Source: Malacoraja senta
Lineage: Eukaryota
Assembly: GCA_038087875.1 (NCBI GenBank)
Contig: JAXLNO010000324.1
Location: 1 to 64,000, forward strand
DNA: 64,000 nt
Direction of reading: 5' to 3'
Shown: positions 37,492 to 49,690 of the stretch, piece after piece
Layout: each line of letters begins with the position of its first letter
Position numbering within the stretch: the first letter of the stretch is position 1
Program-made: the position numbers and the translations under genes
The notes under the pieces: model-generated
Told to the model about the DNA's origin: nothing
The model's database searches: none
What the model saw: only the letters and a program-made list of their open reading frames with translations

Positions 37492-38615
37492 AGGGCCTGT
37501 CCCACGAGCATGCGACTGCATGCGGTAAGCGGGAAGAGTGGAACTCGCTATCAAAACATGGAGGGGACGGGGGACACAATTTTTTAGCGGCCGCGCGCGC
37601 ATGCGCACACTCACACACACACGCGCGAGGTTGTATCTTTGCTTCGGAGGCTCAATCCAGCGCTAAATGCAGCTCAACTCTGCCTGTCTCACCGGGTTAA
37701 CTACAGCCCTGTCTGGACGGACGGGATACCAGCGCTGCTTCTCCGCGCTGGCCATATTTCCAGCAAGTCCAGGAAGGCTATAGGCTCACCTGGCGGGACA
37801 GGTAGACCTGGTTTAGCGCTGCTTCTCTGCGCAGGCTGTGGGCCTGGGGGGCACCACTCCTCCCTCCTCCAATCATCGCGCTGAATTATCATGTCCCGCC
37901 CCCATTGCCTGCTGACCGACGTCTCTCTCGTCCAATCGGCGCCCTCGATCAGCAGTCCCACCCCCACTGTCTCGCGGAAAGCGGAGATTTCACCGGGTTT
38001 TAAAATCCGGATTACAAAAACTTGGGGGGGGGGATGTCCCCCACCTCTCAAAACATGGAGGGGACGTGTCCCCTCTGGCCCCCCCGGGTTTTCCGCCCCT
38101 GGCAAGCGCGACCTAACGTGGTTGCTTGAGCCGTACGGCCTCGCGGGGCCGGTCCCACTTCGATCGCCGGAGCCGTATGGAGTTGTGCGGAGCTGGTCCC
38201 GACATCGCGTGGGGCTCCGAAAAACTGACACTGTCCAAAAAATTTGCGCGGCAACGGCCTGCCGGCCCGCAGCCGCCATGAGGCCGTACGCACCGCCTCA
38301 ACGGGCGTGCGCAGTGTCTCGATGCCTTACGCAGCATCTCGCCACCGTGCGCAGCGTCTTGACGCCTTGCGCAGCGTCTTGACGCCGTACGTCACACGCG
38401 AACTTCCCGCGGACTTCGCTCGAACTTCACGTCAATCACTCGACCTCCGCGCGGCCCCCGCTTCCGGTTTGGTCGCGCTCGCCGCATGCAGTCGCATGCT
38501 GGTGGGACAGGCCCTGTACGGGGATCACTCGACCTCCGCGTGGCCCCCGCGCGGCCCCCGCTTCCAGTTTGGTCGCGCTTGCCGCATGCAGTCGCATGCT
38601 CGTGGGACAGGCCCT
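37492..38615. mobile_element. PIF/Harbinger-type MITE with duplicated right end
   Basis: agggcctgtcccacgagcatgcgactgcatgcgg ... ccgcatgcagtcgcatgctcgtgggacaggccct; TTA on both sides. Confidence 0.9.
37533..38101. mobile_element. hAT-like MITE nested in the Harbinger MITE
   Basis: Ends ttccgcccctg; repeated tcaaaacatggaggggacg motifs; diverged 8 bp duplication gtaagcgg/gcaagcgc. Confidence 0.65.
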
Positions 38616-39651
38616 TTATGTGCAATACCCAGGCAAATGAGACTATCTTGCATGGGCCTTCGTGGTTGCTGTGGATGAATTGGGTTGAAGGGGCTGTTTT
38701 CTTTGCTGTATGATTCTATGACTATAAAATATGCAGCTTTCCTTTAAGAACAAAAGTCCATCATGACCTCCATGTGCATAACTGTTAGAAATTGAATGTA
38801 TTTCCACTTTACCTGAGAGCTTCCTTTTGGAGAGAAGAATGCAATGGTCAATTATGACATGCTTCCATCTCATTTATTAATCTGTCAGGCACAAAATTGA
38901 CTGTCAAAGGGGAGGTAAAGGAAAGGACCATTTCGAAATCAAGTGAAGGCTTTTTATGGATTGTTCATTCCTTGCTGTCACTGGATTTATAGTGAATAAT
39001 GAATGACATGCCAGCATTAATGGACAAGAATAAATGACTATGCTAATTCTGAAAATTGTTTTAGCTTAACTCTGTGTTTACCTCATAATGCTATGAAATG
39101 GATAAAAGCCATTAGTCCTATCACTTGTTAAGCTGTATACTCACTCCAAATTCATCATTTTCTCAGAACTAAAAGCCAATTAAATTATTTTCTTCAGGAT
39201 GGGGAGGGTGGGGGGTGGTTGTTAAATGTTCCATTGGCTTTTGCCATAGTTATTCAAGGTTGTAGTCTGCAAGAATTGGGCTTTGCCTCTGTTAGCCCCC
39301 CTCCCTGCTCAAGAACTTGCATGGATACGCGCATACATCTAAGGAAAGAATGTCAACTTTCACAGCACCTTTAATGATCTCAGCTTATCCCAATACGCTT
39401 TGCAACCAATCTAATATAATGAACCTCAGGGAGTCAAGTTCCAGGCTGGAATCTAATCAAGGGATTCAAATTATTATTTTGCACAAAGATGGATGGCTTG
39501 TGTTAGGCAGTAGTATTATCGAGGAATATCTATGAAAGATATCTGGAAGTGAGTAACCAGCTTAAATTTATTTGTGGGATTCACATCACAGGTGTAAAAT
39601 TTGAGTGGTTTATAACTGTCAGAGAGAGAAACTAAACCATGCCAATATTCA

Positions 39652-39747
39652 AAGGTAGACACAAAATGCTGGAGTAACTCAGCGGGACAGGCAGCATCTC
39701 TGGAGAGAAGGAATGGGTGACGTTTCGGGTCGAAACCCTTCTTCAGA
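39652..39747 (-). mobile_element. ~96 bp PLE-derived insertion
   Basis: Perfect 14 bp duplication catgccaatattca (39638-39651/39748-39761). Confidence 0.85.
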
Positions 39748-39748
39748 C
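39717..39748 (-). ncRNA. Minimal type I hammerhead ribozyme motif (intact core, GUC site)
   Basis: gt-CTGAAGA-A-GGGT-TTCG-ACCC-GAAA-CGTC-ac on minus strand. Confidence 0.8.
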
Positions 39749-40319
39749 ATGCCAATATTCATGCTGTTCACTATGGACTCCTTTAATCATATTGTGATTT
39801 GAATATCCACCAGAACTGTGTTCTGTACCCCTTGACTCTTCAGGCACTGGAAGCATTTCTCTCTGCATTCAGACTAGCACTTAGATGGGTTCAATAACCC
39901 ATGGTTTTAAGTCTAAACCTGCAGGCATTTAGAAGAGAATCAGGATAAATAATCAGCCAATGTGAAGGCTATTATACAGCTCTGTACTGTCAGCTTTAAG
40001 CACATCACAGGTAAATCCTTTTAAAAGCTGAAGGCTAAATTATCTTAATCCAGTGTAAAAAAAAATGCTGCAGTGATTATTCACTAAGAAACCCACTCAG
40101 ACATGAGTCATAGAATCATATTGATTGGAAACAGGACCTTCGGCCCACCGAGTCCATGCCATCAAATTAATCCTTTTATTCTCCCCATATGTTCATCATA
40201 TTTCTCTAGATTAACGAAAAATGCAAGTGCAAGGTGTGGTGATGGCAGCACTTTCTTTGAAATGCCATTAGCAGAATGCAAGAAAAATGTACATGTTCAA
40301 TTTACAGTTTCCAACTGGG

Positions 40320-40560
40320 TAGGTTGTTTTGCACTGAGATAAGGAGAAATGTCTTTACTCGGAGGGTTCTGGTGAATGTTTGGAGTTTTCCACTCTGGAG
40401 GACACTGGAAACTCAGTCTTTGTGTTCATTCAAAACCACGATCGATAGATTTCTGATAATCAGGGGTTATAAGGGCTGTGCTGGAAAATGGCTCTGATTT
40501 TAATGAACAGCCATAGATGGATCTTTTTGTGGGCTCTATTCCTCCATGACTCCATGAAAC
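40320..40560 (+). mobile_element. Old CR1-like 3' fragment
   Basis: TEIRRNVFTRRV...NVWS motif. Confidence 0.65.
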
Positions 40561-40643
40561 TCTGTTAATTAAAATAAATCGGTGCCAAGTCACGTGCTGC
40601 AAATATGCAACTGTCGGGAATGTCAAAGCAGATATTATCTTTG

Positions 40644-40781
40644 AAGAAGGGTCTGAAGAAGGGTTTCGGCCCGAAACGTTACCTATTTCCTTCGCTCCAT
40701 AGATGCTGCTGCACCCGCTGAGTTTCTCCAGCATTTTTGTGTACCTTTAATTTTCCAGCATCTGCAGTTCCTTCTTTAACA
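40644..40781 (+). mobile_element. PLE-derived short insertion
   Basis: 15 bp duplication cagatattatctttg (40629-40643/40782-40796). Confidence 0.85.
40649..40684 (+). ncRNA. Minimal type I hammerhead ribozyme motif
   Basis: gggt-CTGAAGA-A-GGGT-TTCG-GCCC-GAAA-CGTT-acct. Confidence 0.75.
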
Positions 40782-41690
40782 CAGATATTATCTTTGTTTA
40801 CTTCTTCAATGTCAAATGCTTGCTCCTTGTGGTACACTTTCCTGTTGTATCTATCACTAAAAATTGAGCTGTTGAGTCAGATGGCTCAAGAGCCACTCCA
40901 AAATTCTTACACTACAGAGTGAACCTGCATTATGAACCAAGAGAGTGCTTCCCATTGTGTTAGTCATTTAGCCTTAACATACCAGGGGGGTAATAAATAT
41001 CCCATGAAACGCTTCAGACAATGGAACTCTCCTAAATCCTCACCAAAATGTCCCCTGCAAGCAGTAAGTCTATGAACTGATGAACTAACCATTCCACCCA
41101 GTTCCTATTTGTGCGATCTTGCTGTGCACAAACTGGAATATCTTTGCCAAACTTATAATGGTATATTGACTTTGACAAAGTGCTTTATAAAGTAAACCAG
41201 CATAACATATGACACTTCCCTGGATTTGCTTACAACCAGCTTTGATTTAGTTGGAGGATTGATCTGAAAATGTGACAAGAATGCAAGAACAAAAGAGAAC
41301 TTCACAGGAAAGAAAACCATGTTTTTCACTTGACTTAGTAACATCTGAGCAGCATCCTCAGCTTCTTAGTTTAGAAGGCCCTTTGTGCCAATAACAAAAA
41401 CAGATGACACATGCGAATAACGTTAATAAATGAATCCTGCAGCGGTGACTAACAAATGCTTCACATTCTCTCTCTTAGCTGCTGGCGACAATTTTGATGT
41501 TTTCAGACAGATAAGGAGGGGCTTTCACATCTGTTCTGTGGTTTCTGTATTTTGGTTCTCCCTCTTGATAGAAACTAATAACAGGCAATGGTGTAGGAAA
41601 GAACTACAGATGCTGGTTTAAATCGAAGATAGACACAAAATGCTGGAGTAACTCAGCGGGACAAACAACATCTCTGGAGAGAAGGAATGG

Positions 41691-41722
41691 GTGACGTTTC
41701 GAGTCGAGACCCTTCTTCAGAC
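41691..41722 (-). ncRNA. Minimal type I hammerhead motif at head of PLE-derived repeat (41592-41722)
   Basis: gt-CTGAAGA-A-GGGT-CTCG-ACTC-GAAA-CGTC-ac (G.U pair in stem II). Confidence 0.75.
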
Positions 41723-42489
41723 AGATGGTCATTAGCCAATGGTGATCTATTCTAAATATCTCGGCCAGAAGCAGAACTTCTGGCTGTTTTGTCTTGGGGC
41801 ACGTGCTCTGCATCTTTTGAGAAAGGCTTAGTTTGCAGCGCTCCTTCTTCCTCCCACCTCCATTTTAGCTGGATGCGTAACTCTTTAATCAGGCATCCAG
41901 TAGATCCAGCTTTTGTAGATGGCCATGTGCGGGAGAGACGGACATGTTAATACCTCAATGCATCAAATGAGGATAGAAGTGTCTTGAACGAGCAGTGTCA
42001 CTATTGCAATTACAATATCAAATGATATGAAAAACTGTAAGGTTTTAATGATAAAAAATAAAAATGCTCTTACTGCCAGAGTGTGGCTACATCTTTGTGG
42101 GCAATTAGTGACATTGTAAGGGGCAATTAGTGACATTGCTGAATAGACAGTTTCTGGCAGAACTGCTGTAGATGATAATACTGGCACTTTGGGATATTGT
42201 TAGTATCTGGAATTAATCATATAAGATGTTACTCTCCAGGCAATTCTCTGGTGGGGGGGAGAAACTTGTTTTTTGATGAGGAACAAAATTGTTATTTGTT
42301 TCCGAGAGGCATTCATCAAATTCTGTAAGTAATTTTCTAGGGCTCTTGTTAAGCTAGATTTAAATTAACCCTGTGAACCTTGGTAAACTGCTCTATTTGA
42401 ACTGCTCCACACTTCCTCCTGTAAATAACTGTAATCATGAATAAAGCTCTTAATAGTTTCAAGAACTCTGCAGCCTTTCCAGCTTTTGC

Positions 42490-42650
42490 TGACGCTGGTC
42501 TATTGGTGGCTTTTTCTTCAACCTTTAGAGCCATGAGCTCTAAACTTACTTCTTAAACCTTACTGCCTCTCTCCATCTCCCTTTTTCTTCCTTGTAGACA
42601 TTCCTTAAAATCTACCCCTTTAAGAAATGTTTTGGTCACTGATTCTAACA
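42490..42650 (+). mobile_element. L2-like 3' tail remnant
   Basis: attggtggc...ttccttaaaatctacccctttaagaaatgttttggtcac. Confidence 0.5.
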
Positions 42651-42764
42651 TCTCATGCTCTGTGTTGCAGTCTTGACTATTTTCAAGCCACAACCAAGTT
42701 GGTAAAATGTATTCAACATGGGAGTGACTAAAATCTTGCTTACCAGTTAATAGCTTGCTCTCAC

Positions 42765-43325
42765 CCTTCCTCTTGTACTTTCTTATTTAGTTTCACACTA
42801 TCTCATTTGCCTACCCCTCTCAATTATATAATCCTTCTTTCTGAATGTCTTTCTCCCTCTCTGCCTTACTTTTGCAATCGCTCGCTACTCTCTTTTGCTC
42901 ATTCTCTTTTGCTCTCATTCTCTCTCCCTCGTTTATCTCCTTTACAATCTCCTTTCTCTTTCAATTTTTCAGTTCTTTCATCTCCTTGTCACACTTTTTT
43001 AAATTATCTTGCTCTGCTTCGCTTTCTATGAATCTATGCCAGTCTCAGAGGCACACTTTCCCTCCATGTTTCTTTATGATCCCCACTCTGTCACCATCTG
43101 CCGTTCACCCTTGATACCTCTGCATCCTTTGCCTCACTTACCTTCTATCTCTCCCCTCTCCTATGCATATCAATGTGTGTGAGTGTTGCTCTCTGACACG
43201 TCCACTTTTCTGTTTTTCTGTCTAGTGTGTGTTTCGCTGCCTACCCTCTCTCCACTTTGCCCTGAGTGTATTTGCCCTACAATGTTTGTATCTTGTCTAT
43301 CTTTCTCCTCTCTTTTTCTCCACCT
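42765..43325. repeat. CT-rich low-complexity tract
   Basis: Pyrimidine-dominated degenerate (CT)n. Confidence 0.75.
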
Positions 43326-43344
43326 TTGAATACACATGTATTTG

Positions 43345-43570
43345 GAGACACAAGAGATTGCAGATGCTGGAATCCTGAGCAAAAAGCAATCTGCTGAAGG
43401 AACTCTGCATATCAGGCAGCATCTCTGGAGGCAAATGGACAGACAACATTTTAAATCAATACCCTTCATCCAGACTGGAGGAGTAGAGCAGAGAGAGCCA
43501 ATATAATGAGGTAAGGGTGGGCAAGCAATTGTTGGATCCAGATGAGGAGGGGTTGGTTGGTAGATGGAAT
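43345..43570 (-). mobile_element. Degenerate PLE pLTR
   Basis: tgcagatgctggaatc...caggcagcatctctggag...cccttcatccagactg. Confidence 0.65.
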
Positions 43571-46429
43571 CAAGTGGAGGAGGGATCTCCTTCAACCAGG
43601 AGATCCAGATGGCCATTGCATACAGAGCACAGTTCTCAGCAAAGCAGCCACCTATTTTTCACTTTGGTCTTACCGGAATCCTTTTTTTCTTTATCTGTTT
43701 GTATCATCTTTTCATGCTTCTTCTTTTTGTCTTTATTTTTCTTTGCAATTGTAATTGTTATTCTTTCCCTACATATTTACACATCTTTGTCTTCTTCAGA
43801 TTGACCCACCACATACCAGCTTTCTCCACCAATCTCCTATTATATCTCTTCTCTCTCTCTATCTCTCCATTTGAAAATTGACTACCTGAATAAACATGGC
43901 CAATGTGTTGATACACCATCCATCATTCTTAATTAACATACATACTTTGGAATGAAATAATATAGAACACCTCATGAATGAATCCATTGCTACCAGAAAC
44001 AAAAGATGGACTGAAAAGAGATATTAGTTATATTGCCAAATTACAACAATCATTAAAATTAGGAAGTTTGGGCAAGGTCCAAACTTTGGGCAAGGAATTG
44101 ATAAAAGAGAAGATAAAATATGAAAGGAAAAAAATAAGACAATTTGCAAATATTTTGAGAGCTATGTAAGTGTTAAGCATAGTAGAATCCCTTTCAGGGA
44201 ACAAGTGGAAAAGTATAAAAGGAAGAGAAAATTGTGAGGTCATTGGATGTTATTAATTCTGGAGCAAGAGATCACACTGGATCAGGTTCAGAAACTTGGA
44301 ATTATCTTGTTAAGCACTATTTAAAAGGAAATGCACGGGTTCAACTGTGGATGGATTCCCATGTTCTTGGCCACACTCTCGTCCTCTGGCTTCTGATCCC
44401 AGCCACACTACAACCCTTCGTTCTCAATTCCAACCGTGCTCCAGCCCCCAGCTGCACACATGTCCCCACTACTGGCCGTGCAGCAGCCTCCCCGCCTCCA
44501 GATCTTCGCCATGTTCCTGGACACATTCCGGCCCCCTGCATCCCCGTGGGGCTCGCACTCGGAAACGGTGCAAGCTGCAGCTGGCTCACGGGTCTTGCAA
44601 CAAAGAGCACCACTGCTCAAGGGACTGAATCTCAATGTCCCCACTGTGAGAGCAAGAAAAAGGTTGGCGAAAAGGCCAGATTGCAGCACAAATATGAAGA
44701 CAACGATGATCAGTGGCTCGTGTTTTTAAAACAGATGTTGAATAAGGTCTCAACAGTTTAAGTAAACCCAGTTTATTATATCTCAACATTTCCAAGAGGC
44801 TTGTGAGAAATAAAATATTAACATATTTTTGAAACAAAAATAACCTTAAAAGTTAGAAGCAAAATATAAAAGGTTGTGTTTTTTTTATACAATTAAAAGT
44901 CGAATCCAGTTTCAAAATATACATGAGGGGAGAGAGAATAAAAATCTGTGCTAAAAGTCTTCCAAAGCCTGTAAATAAAACACTAGAACTAAGATCGAAT
45001 TATTTCTGGAAATAAAACACTGTGGCGAGTGGCTGAGAAAAAGATGCAGAGCATTCAAACCCCAGGGAGGTTAGATGGATTGGCCGGAAGCCAAGATAGA
45101 CCAAATTATGGCCCATTGCAGCAATGGGCTGTTATACTGAATGGCTTTCTATCATGCAATGCTTAGTTTTCGAACCTCAGTGGGTTTTTTTCTCTTTCTC
45201 CCATTTGTTTGTCATTTTATTTTAATGTCCAATGTTGAGGTTCTTTGGAGGAAGTGATCACAGATTCACATCGGGATGGAAGCATTCTTGATTAGCAGCC
45301 TCTCCTTTGTGCAGCTCTTGCCTGTCACAGGATTAGCAACCACAGCTGTTCAGCACTGAAATTAGTTTTCCACATTTGTTGTTTACTTTGGCTTCCTAAT
45401 GCAGAGCTAGGATTGTGCAACTTTAATAGCTTAAACAGTTACCAGATCACAGTGTAGAATGCCAGCAAAGTCTTACAAAACCCTGGTGTTTCTTTTAAAC
45501 AACACTGGTATGTTTTTTATATGAATGTTACAAAATTAGACATATGATGATTTCCCAGTTGGCTCATATTTTATGGCATTGGATAGCAGGAGAGGAAGAT
45601 CCGAGATTCCTTCACCAGCCTATTGTGGGGGCAATTAATCCAACTTAGGTGGCAAAGATTCTGTATCATTCTTGTCCTGTGAATCCCCTTGTGAAGTTTT
45701 TTTTCCTACATTGAGATATTACACAAATGCGTCTGTCTTTGATAGATAACTATCTGACTAGCTTGATAAAGGATTGAGCTCAATGGACGCATTGATCAAT
45801 CAATGGGAAATATTTGCATCTCTCATCAACAGTTCAGTTGGCTAAGTGTTCTCCTACTGCATTTTCAAAAGTTATCATTTACGCAACATTGACAGATGCC
45901 AAGACTTGTTAACTCACAAACGCTTGGATTTTTCTGAGTGTTAACATCATTCAAATATACAATACAACCTTGCAGGCATCCATCATTGATCTTTACGCAC
46001 TGTTCACTTACTGCAGACTGGTAAAGGACTATTAGTAGGATGCAAGCCTGCAACTCCCTGCTGGAGGCAGAAATAAATGTAAGGAGTTCTCCAGCTTTTA
46101 TTGTTGTGAATAGCTCAGAGGTTTTGGGTCTACTGACAGGATAATCAACAGATATTGGATTGCCTCCTTGAATTGCTACAGACCTTATGGTGCTTTAGGT
46201 AGGGAGTTCCAGGATTTAGTCCAAAATGTCACTGATCAACATGTGAAAGAATGTGTCCTTGCTTTCCTGGCCAAAATTACATTTGATGTTCAAAATGCTT
46301 GAGGTGGAATTCAAAGTTCAATAAAACCAAAATGACAAAAGAGGAAAGAAGCCTTCCTTCTATAACAAGAATATTTCTTAGTTCGTATTTGGGAATTTCA
46401 TGTTGTCAATGTGACTCATACAGTATATG

Positions 46430-46580
46430 CCTCACAGCTCCAGTGACCAACTCTGACCTCTGGTGTTATCTGTATGGAGTTTGCATGTACTCCCTGTGAG
46501 CGCACAGATTTTCCCCCTCCCGGGTGCTCCAGTTTCCAGCCACATCCACGTACAGAGTTAGTTGATTATTGTAAATTATA
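46430..46580 (+). mobile_element. Degenerate V-SINE
   Basis: gtatggagtttgcatgtactccctgtga core. Confidence 0.65.
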
Positions 46581-47032
46581 GCTGGTGGAGGTGACTTGTA
46601 GGCGATTGAGGTTGAAGTCAATAGACATGTGAGTGAAAATTGTCACAGGCAATAAAAGAGGAATGGGACATGGGAATGGTTTAAAATATGACATTGACTC
46701 AATAGGCCAAGTGGCCACCTTCTTAAAGAAATAAACAAGAGTTTCCCTTGAAAAGATAGGGATGAATTGTGTTCTTGAATGCCAGCAGTCCACATCGTGA
46801 AGGCATTCTGTGGGTTCTGTGTGGTTGACAACTGCAGAAATGTTGACTCCACAATGATGATACAAGAATAATATATTTACAAGTCAGGCATATCTTTGCT
46901 TCTCTGTCTTTTGGCTCTGATCAGATGTAGGATTTGTTCTAATCATTTTAATATCTGATAAGGTTTTTAAGTACAGGCACCTCACCTTTTTCATGCAGGA
47001 ATTAAGCTTAAAGCGTCTAAATCAAACATATG

Positions 47033-47215
47033 TGTAAGAAGGAACTGCAGATGCTGGTTTAAACTGAAGATAGACACAAAAAGCTGGAGTAACTCAGCGG
47101 GACAGGCAGCATCTCTAGAGAGAAGGAATGGGTGACGCTTACCCGAAACATCACCATTTCCTTCTCTCCAGAGATGCTGCCTGTCCCGCTGAGTTACTCC
47201 AGCTTTTTGTGTCTA
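47033..47215. mobile_element. Palindromic PLE-derived insertion, ribozyme core deleted
   Basis: Near-perfect ~70 bp inverted arms; 17 bp duplication tctaaatcaaacatatg (47016-47032/47216-47232). Confidence 0.85.
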
Positions 47216-48044
47216 TCTAAATCAAACATATGCCAGGCATCACACGCGACTGCACTGCCATATGGTGGCAAGCATAAATCTGAGTACGTTATTCTGAAAA
47301 GAGCAGCACGTAAATTAAACTTTGTTGTAATTAGACAAGTGTTATTCTAAAAATGCATAAATCAAGCACATTTTAAATGTAAGGTGCTTGTGGTATACCA
47401 ACACTTAAAAGACATTTGCTCAGTTACTTGCATAGGAAAGGTTTAGAAGGATATGTGCCAAACACAGGCAGGTGGGACTGGTGCAGATGGGCAATTTGGT
47501 CGGGTGGGCCGGAGCGCCCGTTTTCATGCTGTATAACTCTAATTTAGGACTTGGATGGCACTCTAATTCACCTTTCACCTTCGTTGATCTTGATGGTTGA
47601 GACTATTCATCAGTGACGTGCCATTGAAGAAGCCTTAATGAATCACTGCGATGTATTCTGTGAACAGAACGTTCTGTAGCCAAGATGGAGGGAGAAGATT
47701 CTTAAATTTAGTCAGGGAGGCAATAAGTGGTCAGTTTCACTGTAGGTGACCAGCTGCATCCTAAGTGCAAGTAGAAGGTTTGAGAAAAGAGATTGCCCAT
47801 GCAGTTTATACCTGCAATAGAGCTTTAGAATTAGTCATTACTCCAGAGTCATGAGAATTCAATTCAAATACTGCTCAATAGGGATCATTCAGGCAGGAAA
47901 TGATGCAGGTGGTTCCGTCAACGTTGACTGCCAGCTGTTCATAGCTCAGACCCGGACAAATGCATTGACACATGAAATGATCTGGATACAAAATGCTGGT
48001 GTATCTGAAGTCACATTCATCCACTAGACTGGTCACAAAGACCA

Positions 48045-48270
48045 TCAGTTCACAAATTATAGGAGTAGAATTAGGCCATTCGGCCCATCGAATCCACTCT
48101 GCCATTCAATCTCTGCCTCCAAATCCCATTCTCCTGCCTTCTACCCATAAGCCTTGACACCCTTTCTAATCAATAATTTGTCCATCTCTGCCTTAAAAAT
48201 ACACACTGACTTGGCCTTCACAGCCCCCTGTGGCAATGAGTTCCACAAATTCACCACCCTCTGACTAAAG
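48045..48270 (-). mobile_element. CR1-like LINE 3' end
   Basis: ataggagtagaattaggccattcggccc; tgtggcaatgagttccac. Confidence 0.8.
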
Positions 48271-48454
48271 TGGAGTATGGAATGCCGAGGAGAGGGACTG
48301 GAAGCTCTTCACATGTGCTGACAAACCCAATATAGAGTAGTGTACAATAGTGACTGATGCAGTGCAAGTATAAATAGTTCATAAAACATAGCACATAACT
48401 TAGCATACATCATTGATTTCTATTTATTGCAGTGTTTAAACTGTTATTCTACAG

Positions 48455-49195
48455 TGTAATAAAAAGGAACTGCAGGTGCTGGTTTATACCAAAGATAGAC
48501 ACTAAATTCTGGAGTAATTTGGTGGGACGGCAGCAGCATTTCTGGAGAAAATGAATAGATTATGTTTTGGGTTGGGATCTTTCTTCAGACTGATTGTATT
48601 GGCGTGGGGGGGGGGGGGGGAGATACTGTAAGTGAGAAAAAAAAACAGGACAAATCAGGGCCGGCAATAGATGACCTCTTGCAAGGAGGTTCCCTGAGAG
48701 GCCGATTACTGGCTAGAGACGGTGTCAGCCCAAGAGGGACAATTCGTTGCGAACTTTGTAACTGGTTAATGGTCTTTTAGGGGAGACAGGAGGTGAGGAG
48801 GAGAGAGATGTTTGTCGAAGTAACCTCATATTTCCCCTGGGCAGTTTACAACCCAGTTGTGTGAACATTGAGTTCTCGAAACTTAGGTAACTTTTACAAA
48901 CTCACTCTCCCTCCCCCACCCCTCCCCCTTCCTCCACTAATAGTTCCACAGTTTGCAACGATGTGTTGCAACAATGAATTAGGATCACAACGTCTCTAGC
49001 CTACAATTGGCGTATCAGGGAACCTCCTCGGCTGAGGTCATCCATTGCCATCACCGATTTGTCCTGTTTTTTATTTCTCAATTCTAGTCCCCACTACAAT
49101 CAGTGTGAAGATGGGTCTCAACCTGAAACATCATCTGTCCATTTTCTCCATAGATGCTGCCTGACCAGCTAAGTTACTCCAGCATTTTGTGCCTT
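48455..49195 (+). mobile_element. Penelope-like 3' remnant with inverted pLTR
   Basis: 48822-48890 translates LIFPLGSLQPSCVNIEFSKLR* (GIY-YIG C-terminus); long inverted repeat on both sides. Confidence 0.75.
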
Positions 49196-49259
49196 AACTG
49201 TTTTTCTAACCTTTCAATATTTTTGTCCGATTTTCCATTGTGTAATGAACTCCAACAGT

Positions 49260-49690
49260 TAGAAATTTACAAGGATGTTGCCAGCATTAGAAAATTATAG
49301 CTGAAACGAAAGATTGGAGAAGGTGGGGTTGTTTTGTTTACAATAGAAGAGACTGTGGGGAGACTTAAATTAAAAATTACGAGCCAGGTTACATTAAATT
49401 GAAAAGACAGGTTCCCTTAGGCATGGGGTTTAAAGTAGTTAATAGAATGATAAGATGGGAGAATAACATATTTTCACCCAGAGGAGAGCAAGGGTTTGAA
49501 TTCAAGCCTAAAAGGGAGTTGGAGACTGAAAACCACAACACATTTAAAAAGTGCCTGTATATGATTAAAGACCTATGGCAACAGACCAAGGGCGGGAAGG
49601 TGAGATTTAGTTGAACAGCTCCTCTTCAAGTCGCGCAGTAATGACAGACCTAATAGTGTCCTTCTGTGTGGGCATTTCCTATGACCTGAT
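49260..49690 (+). mobile_element. Old CR1-like fragment
   Basis: agaaatttacaaggatgttgccag...gactgtggggagactt. Confidence 0.6.

Larger units (their letters stand above)
35520..38725 (+). mobile_element. CR1-like LINE 3' fragment split by a Tc1 and a Harbinger MITE
   Basis: Segments 35520-35637, 37255-37491 and 38619-38725 join into a continuous CR1 tail. Confidence 0.8.

Noticed and set aside
37639..38713. Many overlapping ORFs of 75-192 aa
   Set aside because: They lie in GC-rich MITEs where stops are rare; no recognisable domain.
42098..42138. 18 bp direct repeat gggcaattagtgacattg
   Set aside because: Simple local tandem duplication with no further structure.
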